From: Vulcanimicrobiota bacterium
GTDB taxonomy: Bacteria; Vulcanimicrobiota; Vulcanimicrobiia; Eremiobacterales; Eremiobacteraceae
Assembly (NCBI GenBank): GCA_963812135.1
Contig: CAWETU010000001.1
Span: 96,001 to 160,000, forward strand
Reading direction: 5' to 3'
DNA: 64,000 bases
Both the position numbers and the translations under genes were made by a program. The notes under the pieces were generated by a model. The model saw only the letters and a list, made by a program, of their open reading frames with translations, had not been told where the DNA came from and did no database searches. Below, one piece after another: positions 48,803-57,627 of the stretch (position 1 is the stretch's first letter; each line of letters opens with the position of its first letter).

Positions 48803-49507
48803 ATGTCGCACTCATTCGTATCATCGCATTCGGCCGATCAGACCAAACGCAAGATCCTCGTCGTCGAAGACGACGTCCAGATCGCAAAAGTGCTGCGCCT
48901 CGAGCTCGAGCATGAAGGCTTCGAGGTCGAGGTCTGCGGCGACGGCGCAAGCGCCATCGAACGCGCCCTCAAGGGTCCCGATCTCATCATCCTCGATCTT
49001 CTTCTCCCGCGCATCGACGGCTTAGAAGTCTGCCGCCGCGTGCGGCGCCATTCATCGGTGCCGATCATCATGCTCACCGCCAAGGACGCCGTGCCCGATC
49101 GGATCACCGGGCTCGACAGCGGCGCCAACGATTACCTCTCCAAACCGTTCTCGATCGAAGAGCTGCTCGCGCGCATCCGCGTCCAACTGCGCGAGCGCGA
49201 GCCAGGCGAGCGCGTGCTCGAGATCAAGGATCTAAAGCTCAACCGCGACACGCACGAAGTCGCTCGTTCGGGGCGCGCCATCAGTCTGACCGCGAAAGAG
49301 TTCTCGCTGCTCGAATTCCTGATGATGTATCCGAACAAGGTCCACACGCGCGATGAGATCTTCAACAGCGTGTGGGGTTCCGATTTCCTCGGCGAGTCGA
49401 ACCTGATCGACGTCTACATCCGGTATCTGCGCAATAAAGTGGACGATGCGGCCGATGACAAGCTCATCCAGACGATCCGCGGCGTCGGCTACGCGCTCCG
49501 TGCCTGA
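48803..49507 (+). CDS. OmpR-family response regulator
   Basis: Receiver domain (EDD, LDL, KPF) plus winged helix (DVYIRYLRNK, TIRGVGY). Confidence 0.96.
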   Translation: MSHSFVSSHSADQTKRKILVVEDDVQIAKVLRLELEHEGFEVEVCGDGASAIERALKGPDLIILDLLLPRIDGLEVCRRVRRHSSVPIIMLTAKDAVPDRITGLDSGANDYLSKPFSIEELLARIRVQLREREPGERVLEIKDLKLNRDTHEVARSGRAISLTAKEFSLLEFLMMYPNKVHTRDEIFNSVWGSDFLGESNLIDVYIRYLRNKVDDAADDKLIQTIRGVGYALRA

Positions 49508-50957
49508 ACCCTCGGACCAGCCGCCTTTCTTCGAAAGTCTTCGCTGGCGGCTCTCGGTCTGGTACGTGGTCGCCGTGGCGGCGTTGCTCTTCCTGTTCGC
49601 GGCCGTCGTCATGCTCGGCGCGTATCGCGTGCTGTATCTGTCCGCGGCGCAGCGCATCGAAGGCGCGGCAATGGCGCTACAGTCGTACGCGCGCGCGGGC
49701 AATCCGCTCTTCGGTTCCGCGTCCGTGGTCGAGCTGCTCTCGCAAGAGAGCCAGCTGAACACGTTCGCCGGTCCGGGGCTGTACGTCGAAGCGTTCAATC
49801 CGAGCGGCGCGCGCATCGGCGCGAGCAGCAATCTCGCCGACGCCGACTTGCCGACGACCGGCTACCGTCCGTGGCACATGGAAGGGATCGCATCCGGCGA
49901 TTGGGGCACTGCGCGGACCCCGCTCGGGCCGGTCCTCGCGCACTGGCACTCGGTCTTGTCCGACGGGCGCCCGGTCGCAACGGTGTACGTCGCGCAGTCG
50001 CTCGCGAGCGTCAATCAGACGCTCGGTTCGTTCGCGGTGTTCTTGGTCGTGAGCTTCATCGGCGCCGTGATGCTGGTCGTCGCGTCGGGCATCTGGCTCG
50101 GCAGGGCGGCCATCGGACCGATCAATGAGATCTCGCAGTCGGTCCAGGAGATCGGCGGCGCCGATCTGGCGAAACGGCTCAACTGGCAGGGGCGGCGCGA
50201 TGAGCTCGGCCGGCTTGCCGCGCAATTCGACGAGATGCTCGGCCGATTAGAGGCGGCCTTTGCGCGCGAGCGGCGCTTCATCTCCGACGCATCGCACGAA
50301 CTGAAGACGCCGCTGACCGTCATCAACGCGAACGCGCAGATGCTCGAGCGTTGGGGCGATCGCGATGAAGCGGTGCGCCGCGAGGCGCTCGAGGCGATCC
50401 GGCACGAAAGCGCGCAGATGGCGCGCGTCATCAACGCGATGCTCACACTGGCGAAGACCGACACCGGCACGTCGCTCGCCGTCGAGCCGCTCAATCTGCG
50501 CACCATCGTCAGCGAAGTCGCCAACACGCTGCGCCCACGCGCGGCGGAGAAAGGCCTGACGCTCGAAACGCATTGCAACGGCGACGCATACGTCTTGGGC
50601 GAGCCCGGGCTCATGCGCCAGCTCGTCCTGAACCTCACCGAAAACGCCATCAAATTCACTCAGGCAGGCGGCGTGACGATCTCTATGGGCGCCGAGAACT
50701 CGCACGCGCATCTCGACATCGCGGACACCGGCCCCGGCATCCCGGCGGACGCGCTGCCGCACGTCTTCGAGCGTTTCTATCGCGCCGATCCGGCGCATTC
50801 CCGCGCGGTCGAGGGGACCGGGCTCGGCCTCGCGGTGGTCAACAGCATCGTGCGCGCGCATGGCGGCCAGATCAGCGTGAAGAGTCCCGCCGGCGGCGGC
50901 ACGACGGTCTGCGTCACGCTCCCGGCGCTTGTCCTGGCGGGAGACGGCGAGCCGTGA
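49500..50957 (+). CDS. HAMP sensor histidine kinase
   Basis: Two TMs, HAMP, ASHELKTPL, NAIKF, DTGPGI and GTGLGL. Confidence 0.96.
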   Translation: MPEPSDQPPFFESLRWRLSVWYVVAVAALLFLFAAVVMLGAYRVLYLSAAQRIEGAAMALQSYARAGNPLFGSASVVELLSQESQLNTFAGPGLYVEAFNPSGARIGASSNLADADLPTTGYRPWHMEGIASGDWGTARTPLGPVLAHWHSVLSDGRPVATVYVAQSLASVNQTLGSFAVFLVVSFIGAVMLVVASGIWLGRAAIGPINEISQSVQEIGGADLAKRLNWQGRRDELGRLAAQFDEMLGRLEAAFARERRFISDASHELKTPLTVINANAQMLERWGDRDEAVRREALEAIRHESAQMARVINAMLTLAKTDTGTSLAVEPLNLRTIVSEVANTLRPRAAEKGLTLETHCNGDAYVLGEPGLMRQLVLNLTENAIKFTQAGGVTISMGAENSHAHLDIADTGPGIPADALPHVFERFYRADPAHSRAVEGTGLGLAVVNSIVRAHGGQISVKSPAGGGTTVCVTLPALVLAGDGEP

Positions 50958-51079
50958 GCGCGTCCGCCCGGCCTCTCATCGGTCGCTCACGGCCGGTTCA
51001 TGGCGGCCTCATGCGGCGCGGCGCGCCGCACGGTAAGGTCAAGGGTGAAGGAACGCGCGGTTCCTTCGCCCGCATCATC

Positions 51080-52057
51080 ATGAAACGAATCAACTTCCTC
51101 GCCATCGCGCTCGGCGTGCTGGCCGCCCCACTCGCTGTCGTCTTGTCGGCCAAAGCCGACTTGGCGCAGATCAACGATGGCGCGCCGCTCACCGTGATCA
51201 ACTCGACCGGCGGACGGATCACCGTGCATCCAGGTGAGCCCGACGGGTTGGTCCGCGTGCCCAACAACGCGCCTGGCGTGCAGATGAGCCGCTTCAACGT
51301 GAATCCGCAAACGATGGGCAGCATCTGCGTGCCTCGCCCGCAGGCGTTTTCCGCTCAGCGGCCGCAAGCGTTTGGAGGCCAGCGCGGCTTTCGTCCGCCC
51401 GCATCAAATCCAAATCTCAACCCGAACCTGAATGCAAATCCGAACTGCCGGGTGACTCACTTGCCGCTGCGCGAAGGTCCGCATGGCGTCGCGATCAACA
51501 ATCCAGGCTCCGATCTTGAGGTCAGCGTCCCCAGCCGGTTCGAGCTGATGTATATCAAGGCGAACGCGAGCCCGGTGCTGATGGAGCGCACGCGCGGTCC
51601 ATTCATCATCACCGGCCAGAACGACGTCACGTTGCACGGCGTCGCCGGCATGGGATACGTCCAGACCGCCGGTAATGTCGACGTTCGCAATCCGGCCGGG
51701 ATCTTGGGAGTCGCGACGAGCGGCGGGCGCATCACCGTTTCATCGGGACCGGGATTGGAGCGGCTCCAGCTGTATTCGCAGAGCGGCGACATTGAGTGGA
51801 CGATCGCCGGCATCGGCGGCGGCCCGTATCGCCTGGAACTTGGCTCGGGGGCGGCTCGCATCTACGTACGGCCGGGCGTCGGTGCGAATGTCGACGCGAC
51901 GAGCATCGGCGGCTCGGTGGTCAACCTGCTCGATCCGTCCGTCGGCAACGTCGGATTCGCAGGTCCGCACGCGGTCGCGATGACCGTCGGCGGCGGCGGC
52001 GCACAAATCGTCATCCACAGCCAGAGCGGCTCGATCACGATCGCACCTGCGCCGTAA
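51080..52057 (+). CDS. Secreted DUF4097/adhesin-like beta-repeat protein
   Basis: Signal peptide, T..G.I-type strand repeats and an NPNL low-complexity insert. Confidence 0.6.
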   Translation: MKRINFLAIALGVLAAPLAVVLSAKADLAQINDGAPLTVINSTGGRITVHPGEPDGLVRVPNNAPGVQMSRFNVNPQTMGSICVPRPQAFSAQRPQAFGGQRGFRPPASNPNLNPNLNANPNCRVTHLPLREGPHGVAINNPGSDLEVSVPSRFELMYIKANASPVLMERTRGPFIITGQNDVTLHGVAGMGYVQTAGNVDVRNPAGILGVATSGGRITVSSGPGLERLQLYSQSGDIEWTIAGIGGGPYRLELGSGAARIYVRPGVGANVDATSIGGSVVNLLDPSVGNVGFAGPHAVAMTVGGGGAQIVIHSQSGSITIAPAP

Positions 52058-52119
52058 TCTTTCGCGTTCTGTCAAAGACCGCGCCGGGTTTGCGGCCGGC
52101 ATCGGCGAAGCGGTGGCTC

Positions 52120-53427
52120 GTGCTTCGCATCCTCGGCGCCGCGTTCGTCCTCATGCTCACCGCTATCGCCGCGCTGACATCGTTCGGGCCGCTCCCGGCG
52201 GCGGGCGACGGAGCAACCGCCTCGTTCGTGCCGGCGATCGCGCCTACCGGGAGCCCGACACCGGTGCAGACGGCGTTGCCGAATCCCATTTCACGGCCGC
52301 CCGATGCGCGCGGCGTCACCGAAACGACCGCCCCTTTCGCCAGTCCGACCGCGTTCTCGCCGCCGCCGGCCCCGCCGTCCTTGTGGCTGTCCGCTTCGAG
52401 CTCGTTCACGGTGCCGTGCGAGCTGCACGGCGATCGCATCTTCGTCAACGTCGTGGTCGACGGGCGGCCGGCGGCTTTTTTACTCGATTCAGGCGCGCCA
52501 TACTCCTCGATCGACCCCGAAGCTGCGCGCTCGCATGACGCGCCGATCACGCTGCATACGCTGCAGATCGGAGAGCTGCGTTTCAACTCGCTGACCGCGG
52601 GCGTGAGCCGGATCGCGGCCGGCTCGTCTGCGTATCTCGGCGATCAGGCGGATGGCGTCCTCGGTCAAGAGCTGTTCTCACGATATCCGGTCCGAATCGA
52701 CTATCGCAGTTGCGCCGTGACCGTTTTTCGCGACGCTCAAGCAGCCGCCGCCGGCAGCCCGTCGTCGACGGCGCAACTGGTTCCGATCCAGATGATCAAA
52801 GGCTTGCCGGAAGTCTCAGTCCGCCTCGACGGCGCCGCGCCGGGGATGGCGGTGCTCGACACAGCGTCAGACGCGAACGCCGATGTCACGGTCGATTTCG
52901 TGATGGCGAATGGCCTGACGGTGTCATCATCGCTGCCTGAGCTGCGGCGCTGGCTGCCGGGCGGTGAGCTTTCCGGCGAAACCGCGCGCGTCGCCTCGAT
53001 GGCGGTAGGGTCGTCTTCTGTCGATCGTCCAGTGATCGGCATCGTCACATCAGGCACGCGCGCAGCGGTCGGGTACGTCGGCAACGGATTCCTCCAGAAT
53101 TTCAACGTGTTGTTCGATGAACCGGCCGCGCAACTGATCCTCGACCCTGCCGCCGGCGCGAAGAGCACATCCTACGATCGCAGCGGCGCATGGCTCGTCG
53201 TCCGCGGCGGCGCGATCACCGTCAAGAGCGTGCTCGCGGGTTCGCCTGCGGCGAAAACGCCGCTGTCCCCAGGCGATCGCATCCTCGCCGCAGGGGGCAC
53301 CGGCGCCAGTGATTTGGACAGCGTGCGCGCCTTGCTCGCGGGGGCACCGGGTACGACGGTCGCCATCGTCTACGACCACGGCGGCAAGCGGCACAGCGGC
53401 GTGATCATTTTGAAGACGCTGCTTTGA
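52120..53427 (+). CDS. Secreted two-domain aspartic protease-like protein with C-terminal PDZ
   Basis: LLDSGA...DGVLG, VLDTAS...GYVG and V..GSPA...L.PGDRI. Confidence 0.8.
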   Translation: MLRILGAAFVLMLTAIAALTSFGPLPAAGDGATASFVPAIAPTGSPTPVQTALPNPISRPPDARGVTETTAPFASPTAFSPPPAPPSLWLSASSSFTVPCELHGDRIFVNVVVDGRPAAFLLDSGAPYSSIDPEAARSHDAPITLHTLQIGELRFNSLTAGVSRIAAGSSAYLGDQADGVLGQELFSRYPVRIDYRSCAVTVFRDAQAAAAGSPSSTAQLVPIQMIKGLPEVSVRLDGAAPGMAVLDTASDANADVTVDFVMANGLTVSSSLPELRRWLPGGELSGETARVASMAVGSSSVDRPVIGIVTSGTRAAVGYVGNGFLQNFNVLFDEPAAQLILDPAAGAKSTSYDRSGAWLVVRGGAITVKSVLAGSPAAKTPLSPGDRILAAGGTGASDLDSVRALLAGAPGTTVAIVYDHGGKRHSGVIILKTLL

Positions 53428-54197
53428 CGATCCGCATCCGCGATCTCTCGAACATCGCGATCGACCGCGTGGAGTTCGCAAGCGCCGGCGGAACGGTGCG
53501 CGGCTTGCTCTACCATACAAGACGCGCCGCGACATGCGTCGTGTTATGCCACGGCTATTCCGCGGGCAAGCATAACGTCGATCCGCTCGCGTATCACCTC
53601 GCGACCGAAGGATATGTCTCGCTTGCGTTTGATTTTCTCGGCCACAAGCTCGGCGCGAGCTCGGGACCGCTCGCCACCGCAGACGGGCTGATCGTGAACG
53701 CGCTCGATGCCGTGACATACGCCCGCACGCAAACGTTGGTGCGACGAATCGTCATCGGCGGCCACAGCATGGGAGCGGCGACCGCCATCGGCGCCGCGTT
53801 AGAAGATCCCGTGATCGCGGGAGTGATCGGCATCAGCACGGCGAGGCATCGCAGCGCGAAGCTCGCGGCTGACGGGCTGGTGCGCGGGCTCATCAACCGC
53901 AAACCCTATGTCGATGGCGCCGGACCCGAAGAGATCACGGCGGCGATGGACTCATACACCGCGCGCATCGCCGAGCTCGCGCCGCGACCGCTGCTGCTCG
54001 TGGCGGGTTCGCGAGATTCGCTGGTGGCGCCGTCCGCCGCTGCGCAGCTCTTCGACGAAGCGGGCGAGCCCAAGACGTACGAGCTCATCGATGCGACGCA
54101 CACCGACAGTGCCGAGCGCGCGAGATTCGTCGTGACAAGATGGCTCCGGGCGATGGGTTTCGAATACGCGCACGATGTAAAGGGGGATCCAGGATGA
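53424..54197 (+). CDS. Alpha/beta hydrolase
   Basis: HGY, DF.GH, GHSMG nucleophile elbow, G.RD and a catalytic His candidate. Confidence 0.9.
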   Translation: MTIRIRDLSNIAIDRVEFASAGGTVRGLLYHTRRAATCVVLCHGYSAGKHNVDPLAYHLATEGYVSLAFDFLGHKLGASSGPLATADGLIVNALDAVTYARTQTLVRRIVIGGHSMGAATAIGAALEDPVIAGVIGISTARHRSAKLAADGLVRGLINRKPYVDGAGPEEITAAMDSYTARIAELAPRPLLLVAGSRDSLVAPSAAAQLFDEAGEPKTYELIDATHTDSAERARFVVTRWLRAMGFEYAHDVKGDPG

Positions 54198-54889
54198 ACA
54201 AGCTCTCGCTCGTCGCAGGTGGAGCCTTGTGCGCGACCGCGATCATCACGCTGCTCGCCGGCGGAACTTCGCGCGCCGCGACGCCGCCGCCGACTCCGGT
54301 CGTCTCGGTGACGACGCTACCCGCGCTGCCGTCACCCGGCGCAGCGACTGCCCACCCTGTGACTCCCGCACCGGCGACGACGCTGCCGCCGCTTGCCGCT
54401 CCGACGCTTCCTCCCGGCCAAACGCCGGCGCCAAACGCGACGCTCGCGCTGCCGCCGCCCGGCACCGCGATCGTCATCTCGGGCCTCGTCGGCAAGCCGC
54501 AAATAATTACGCTTGGACAATTGGACAAACTTCCGTCGGGATCGTTGACGATGCGCATCGTCGACGCTGACGGCAAGCATCGCTTCCACACGTTCAGCGG
54601 CGCCCTGTTGCGCGCCGCGATCGATGTCGCGCAACCGCTCGATGTGGGCGGCACGAGCACGTCGACGCACGCGTACGCGGTGATCCAAGGCGTCGGCGGC
54701 AAGTCGGCGATCGTCGCGTTTCCCGAATTCGAAAACGATTTTGCCGGCAAGCGAGTGCTGCTCGCCACCACGATCGACGCCCGGCCTGCGCCGCAAGGCA
54801 CAGCGACCTTGGTGATCGAGGGAGATGCAACGCGCGGCCGTTTCGTCGAGGGCGTCACGCGCATCTTGATAGCGGACGCGGGGCCGTAG
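54194..54889 (+). CDS. Secreted Pro-rich protein with molybdopterin-oxidoreductase-like domain
   Basis: Signal peptide, Pro/Thr linker, F.G..L and LVIEGD..RGRFV. Confidence 0.55.
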   Translation: MNKLSLVAGGALCATAIITLLAGGTSRAATPPPTPVVSVTTLPALPSPGAATAHPVTPAPATTLPPLAAPTLPPGQTPAPNATLALPPPGTAIVISGLVGKPQIITLGQLDKLPSGSLTMRIVDADGKHRFHTFSGALLRAAIDVAQPLDVGGTSTSTHAYAVIQGVGGKSAIVAFPEFENDFAGKRVLLATTIDARPAPQGTATLVIEGDATRGRFVEGVTRILIADAGP

Positions 54890-54909
54890 CGCAACGTCGC
54901 GGCACGGGA

Positions 54910-54939
54910 TTGCCGCGTCCCGCCACCGTATGTTATACT
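54910..54939 (+). promoter_or_regulatory. sigma70-type promoter of tRNA-Ala
   Basis: TTGCCG-N18-TATACT with an extended -10 TG. Confidence 0.6.
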
Positions 54940-54956
54940 ACCGCTTCGGGCCCCGT

Positions 54957-55032
54957 GGGGATGTAGCTCAGCTGGTAGAGCACTTGCTTCGCATGTAAGG
55001 GGTCAGGGGTTCGAGTCCCCTCATCTCCACCA
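54957..55032 (+). tRNA. tRNA-Ala(CGC)
   Basis: Cloverleaf with G3:U70, anticodon CGC and encoded CCA. Confidence 0.95.
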
Positions 55033-55406
55033 TTAGTTAAACCCGCATTGGAAGTACCGTTGCGGACTTTTCTTCAGCCAACGCGGGTCTGAGAGGAACT
55101 CAACTTACCCGCATTGTTACCCTCAATAACCAGGGTCGCCGGATGGAGTTAGGCTTCGCGTTACCCGCGCTCCGATTGGAGCGCGTGATCGACGCAGCGA
55201 TGGTCTATCGTCGGAGTTCCTTATAGCGTAGGCTCCCAGACGAGTGGATCTCGTCGAGAATGTTGTTTGATCTCGTCCGCTTCGTACTTGGTGCTTCCCC
55301 GCTCGATCTCGACAGGCCGACGATTCCAAAAAAACTCACACCCATCAATCTCTCTTGAGACGGGCGCCGCCCCAACGAACCCCGCCATGCGACAAACTGT
55401 GCGCGG

Positions 55407-55541
55407 ATGGTGGATCGTCGTAAAGAGGGGAATCGGCAAATTCATGCACTTGATCCAAGCCAGCGCCTAGCATTGCATCGTTACCTTCAGCTCGGATTGG
55501 GCTCGGGGCTTATTGCCGTGAATGGCCCTCCGGGGACCGGA
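55407..55541 (+). pseudogene. Probable remnant of an SF1 helicase/AAA gene
   Basis: LDPSQRLAL...LIAVNGPPGTG, broken just before the Walker A lysine. Confidence 0.45.
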
Positions 55542-55720
55542 GTTCCAGTAGCTTCAGCGCTCGTTGCGGCCGTCGCTGCGGCGGAAGGCGCGGTGCTTTC
55601 CGCCGAACTTGGCGCCGCACTCGGCGGTGCACTGGCGGTCGCGTTCGATTGACCGCCTCCACCGCATGCCGGCAGCCCGAGCACGAAAAGAGCACCAAGA
55701 GCGACGAAACTCAAACGCAT
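55487..55720 (-). CDS. Short, probably truncated lipoprotein
   Basis: AGGAG Shine-Dalgarno, lipobox LPAC, then only a Ser/Ala/Pro linker. Confidence 0.55.
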   Translation of the reverse strand: MRLSFVALGALFVLGLPACGGGGQSNATASAPPSAAPSSAESTAPSAAATAATSAEATGTPVPGGPFTAISPEPNPS

Positions 55721-55803
55721 ATCGGCTCTCCTAAGCAGCGGTAGTTTGAGGCCGTCGTTCTCTTTGCGACCATGACGGCCTTCCAACTACTTGAAGCCCG
55801 GCA

Positions 55804-57627
55804 TCACCTCGAGACCGTCGCGAAGGGCCCGACCGGCGAGGCTCCCGCTGGCGTGACGATCCGAACCGCGTATGCATACGAGCCGCGTGCTCCGGCCGGA
55901 AGCACGTCACGGTAAGCGAACGCTTTCACGAGCGGTGCAATAGTCACGGTGGGGCCGTCGGGCCCGCGACGCAAGATCGTGTAACCGGTTACGCCCGATG
56001 TTTGCGGCCAGCGCAGTTCGACCGTGACGCCGTCGCTCAAAAGGTGCGCCGAGATCGCCGGTGCGCGTGGAAGCGGCGTGGGTATCGCGATCGAGACTTG
56101 TGCGGATCGTTTGCCCTCGACGCCGCCCGCGCCGATCGCCGCCAGCGCGTATGCGTACGTGTGTCCGGGCTGCACCGCGCGATCGGCGTAACTTGACGCT
56201 ACCGGCTCGAGTTTCGCGATGGTCTGTGCGGGGCGACCGTTGTCGCCGCGGTACAACCGTTGCGCCGTGATGTCGGGATCGACGAGGGGCACGACCGACA
56301 CCGATACGATTCCGTTGTTGAAACGCACCGCCGTCGGCGTTGAGGATTCCGGCAGCGAACTGCGAAGCGGCCGCGCCGTCACCCAACGCGCCGGTAACAC
56401 CATATTGCCGAAGCGATCTTGCGCACCGACGCCGTACGCATAGGTGTTCACGCTGTCGGCGGGAACCTGCACGACGAACGAGTGCGTCGTTGCAGGCACT
56501 TGCGCGAGGAGGAACGGTTCGTTCTTTTCCGCGCGACGGTACACGTTGTAGGTGTGGACGCTCGTGTCGCGGCTCGCCTGCCACGAGAGCGTGATGCCCT
56601 CGCGCTGCGTTTTTGCGACGAGGTTACCAGGTGCATCGGGCGGCGTCGTCTTGCCGACGACCGCGGTAGCGCCGCCGCTGGGGTAGCCCAGGATGCCGGA
56701 ACGAGTCTTCGCGAGGACTTCGTAGTGATAGATATGGCCTTGCACGACTTCATCGTCGTAGCGTTGCGCGGACGCCGAGAGCATCGCGCGCTGCGTCATC
56801 TTTGCATCATCGGTGCCGCGCAGTACCTGATAGGCGACGATCGTCGGATCGTTCACCGCGTTCCAACTCAAGGCGACGCTACTCGCACCGGTTCGCGCTT
56901 GCAGTGCCGTCACCGGCAGCGGGCGATGAAGATCCAACGCCGTCGCATACACGACTGCACTCGGCGGGCCCTCGTTATCGAACGCGTCGACGACGGCGAC
57001 TCGATACGCGGTGCGCGTACCGATCGGCGGCGACGTATCCAGGTAGTGCGTTCCCCCTGTCATCCCGATCGCGCTTGAAATGCGCACGAACGCTCCACCG
57101 CCCGAACTGCGATAGATGTTGAAGTTGCCGTGCGCCGTTGCCGACTGCATCGTCAACTCGACGCTTCGGTCGCCCGCCTTTGCAATGAACGATTGCACGC
57201 GATAGTGCGCGAGGGGCGGGCGCGCGCCCGCCGGAGGCGTGAGGTTGCTCGTTCCGCTTTCGCCGTCCGCCAGTGTCACCTCGTAGTGATACTGGATCCC
57301 CTTGACGGCCGTTGTATCGACGTATGCTATGCCGCGCGTTAGTGCGAGGTCGACGGTTCCGAACTCCGCAAACCGGCCGGTTCCAGCGGAATCAATGCGG
57401 GCATTTGCGGCCTGCGCGGCCTGGGTCGGCGGACGCCGCACTTGCCCGAGCGTCACGCGCGTTCCGCTCGGGTCAATGCGTACGACTGTTGCCGCGATTT
57501 CTTGGGTTGCAACGCGCGGGAACCAGCGAACGATCATTCCACGCGGGCCCGGTGCCGCGGCAACGGTGAGTGCGAGCGTTGCGGCGATCATTGAATGCAC
57601 GTTCATAGCCACCCACACACTCCGCAA
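55804..57627 (-). CDS. Secreted multi-fibronectin type III protein
   Basis: About six FN3-like units (L.W...Y.V.R...Y.D...Y.Y.V.A). The start may be at MNVHS, overlapping the upstream stop. Confidence 0.85.
   Translation of the reverse strand: MRSVWVAMNVHSMIAATLALTVAAAPGPRGMIVRWFPRVATQEIAATVVRIDPSGTRVTLGQVRRPPTQAAQAANARIDSAGTGRFAEFGTVDLALTRGIAYVDTTAVKGIQYHYEVTLADGESGTSNLTPPAGARPPLAHYRVQSFIAKAGDRSVELTMQSATAHGNFNIYRSSGGGAFVRISSAIGMTGGTHYLDTSPPIGTRTAYRVAVVDAFDNEGPPSAVVYATALDLHRPLPVTALQARTGASSVALSWNAVNDPTIVAYQVLRGTDDAKMTQRAMLSASAQRYDDEVVQGHIYHYEVLAKTRSGILGYPSGGATAVVGKTTPPDAPGNLVAKTQREGITLSWQASRDTSVHTYNVYRRAEKNEPFLLAQVPATTHSFVVQVPADSVNTYAYGVGAQDRFGNMVLPARWVTARPLRSSLPESSTPTAVRFNNGIVSVSVVPLVDPDITAQRLYRGDNGRPAQTIAKLEPVASSYADRAVQPGHTYAYALAAIGAGGVEGKRSAQVSIAIPTPLPRAPAISAHLLSDGVTVELRWPQTSGVTGYTILRRGPDGPTVTIAPLVKAFAYRDVLPAGARGSYAYAVRIVTPAGASPVGPFATVSR

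Noticed and set aside
51335..51445. PQAF..QR and NPNL peptide repeats
   Set aside because: Short low-complexity linker repeats without further structure.
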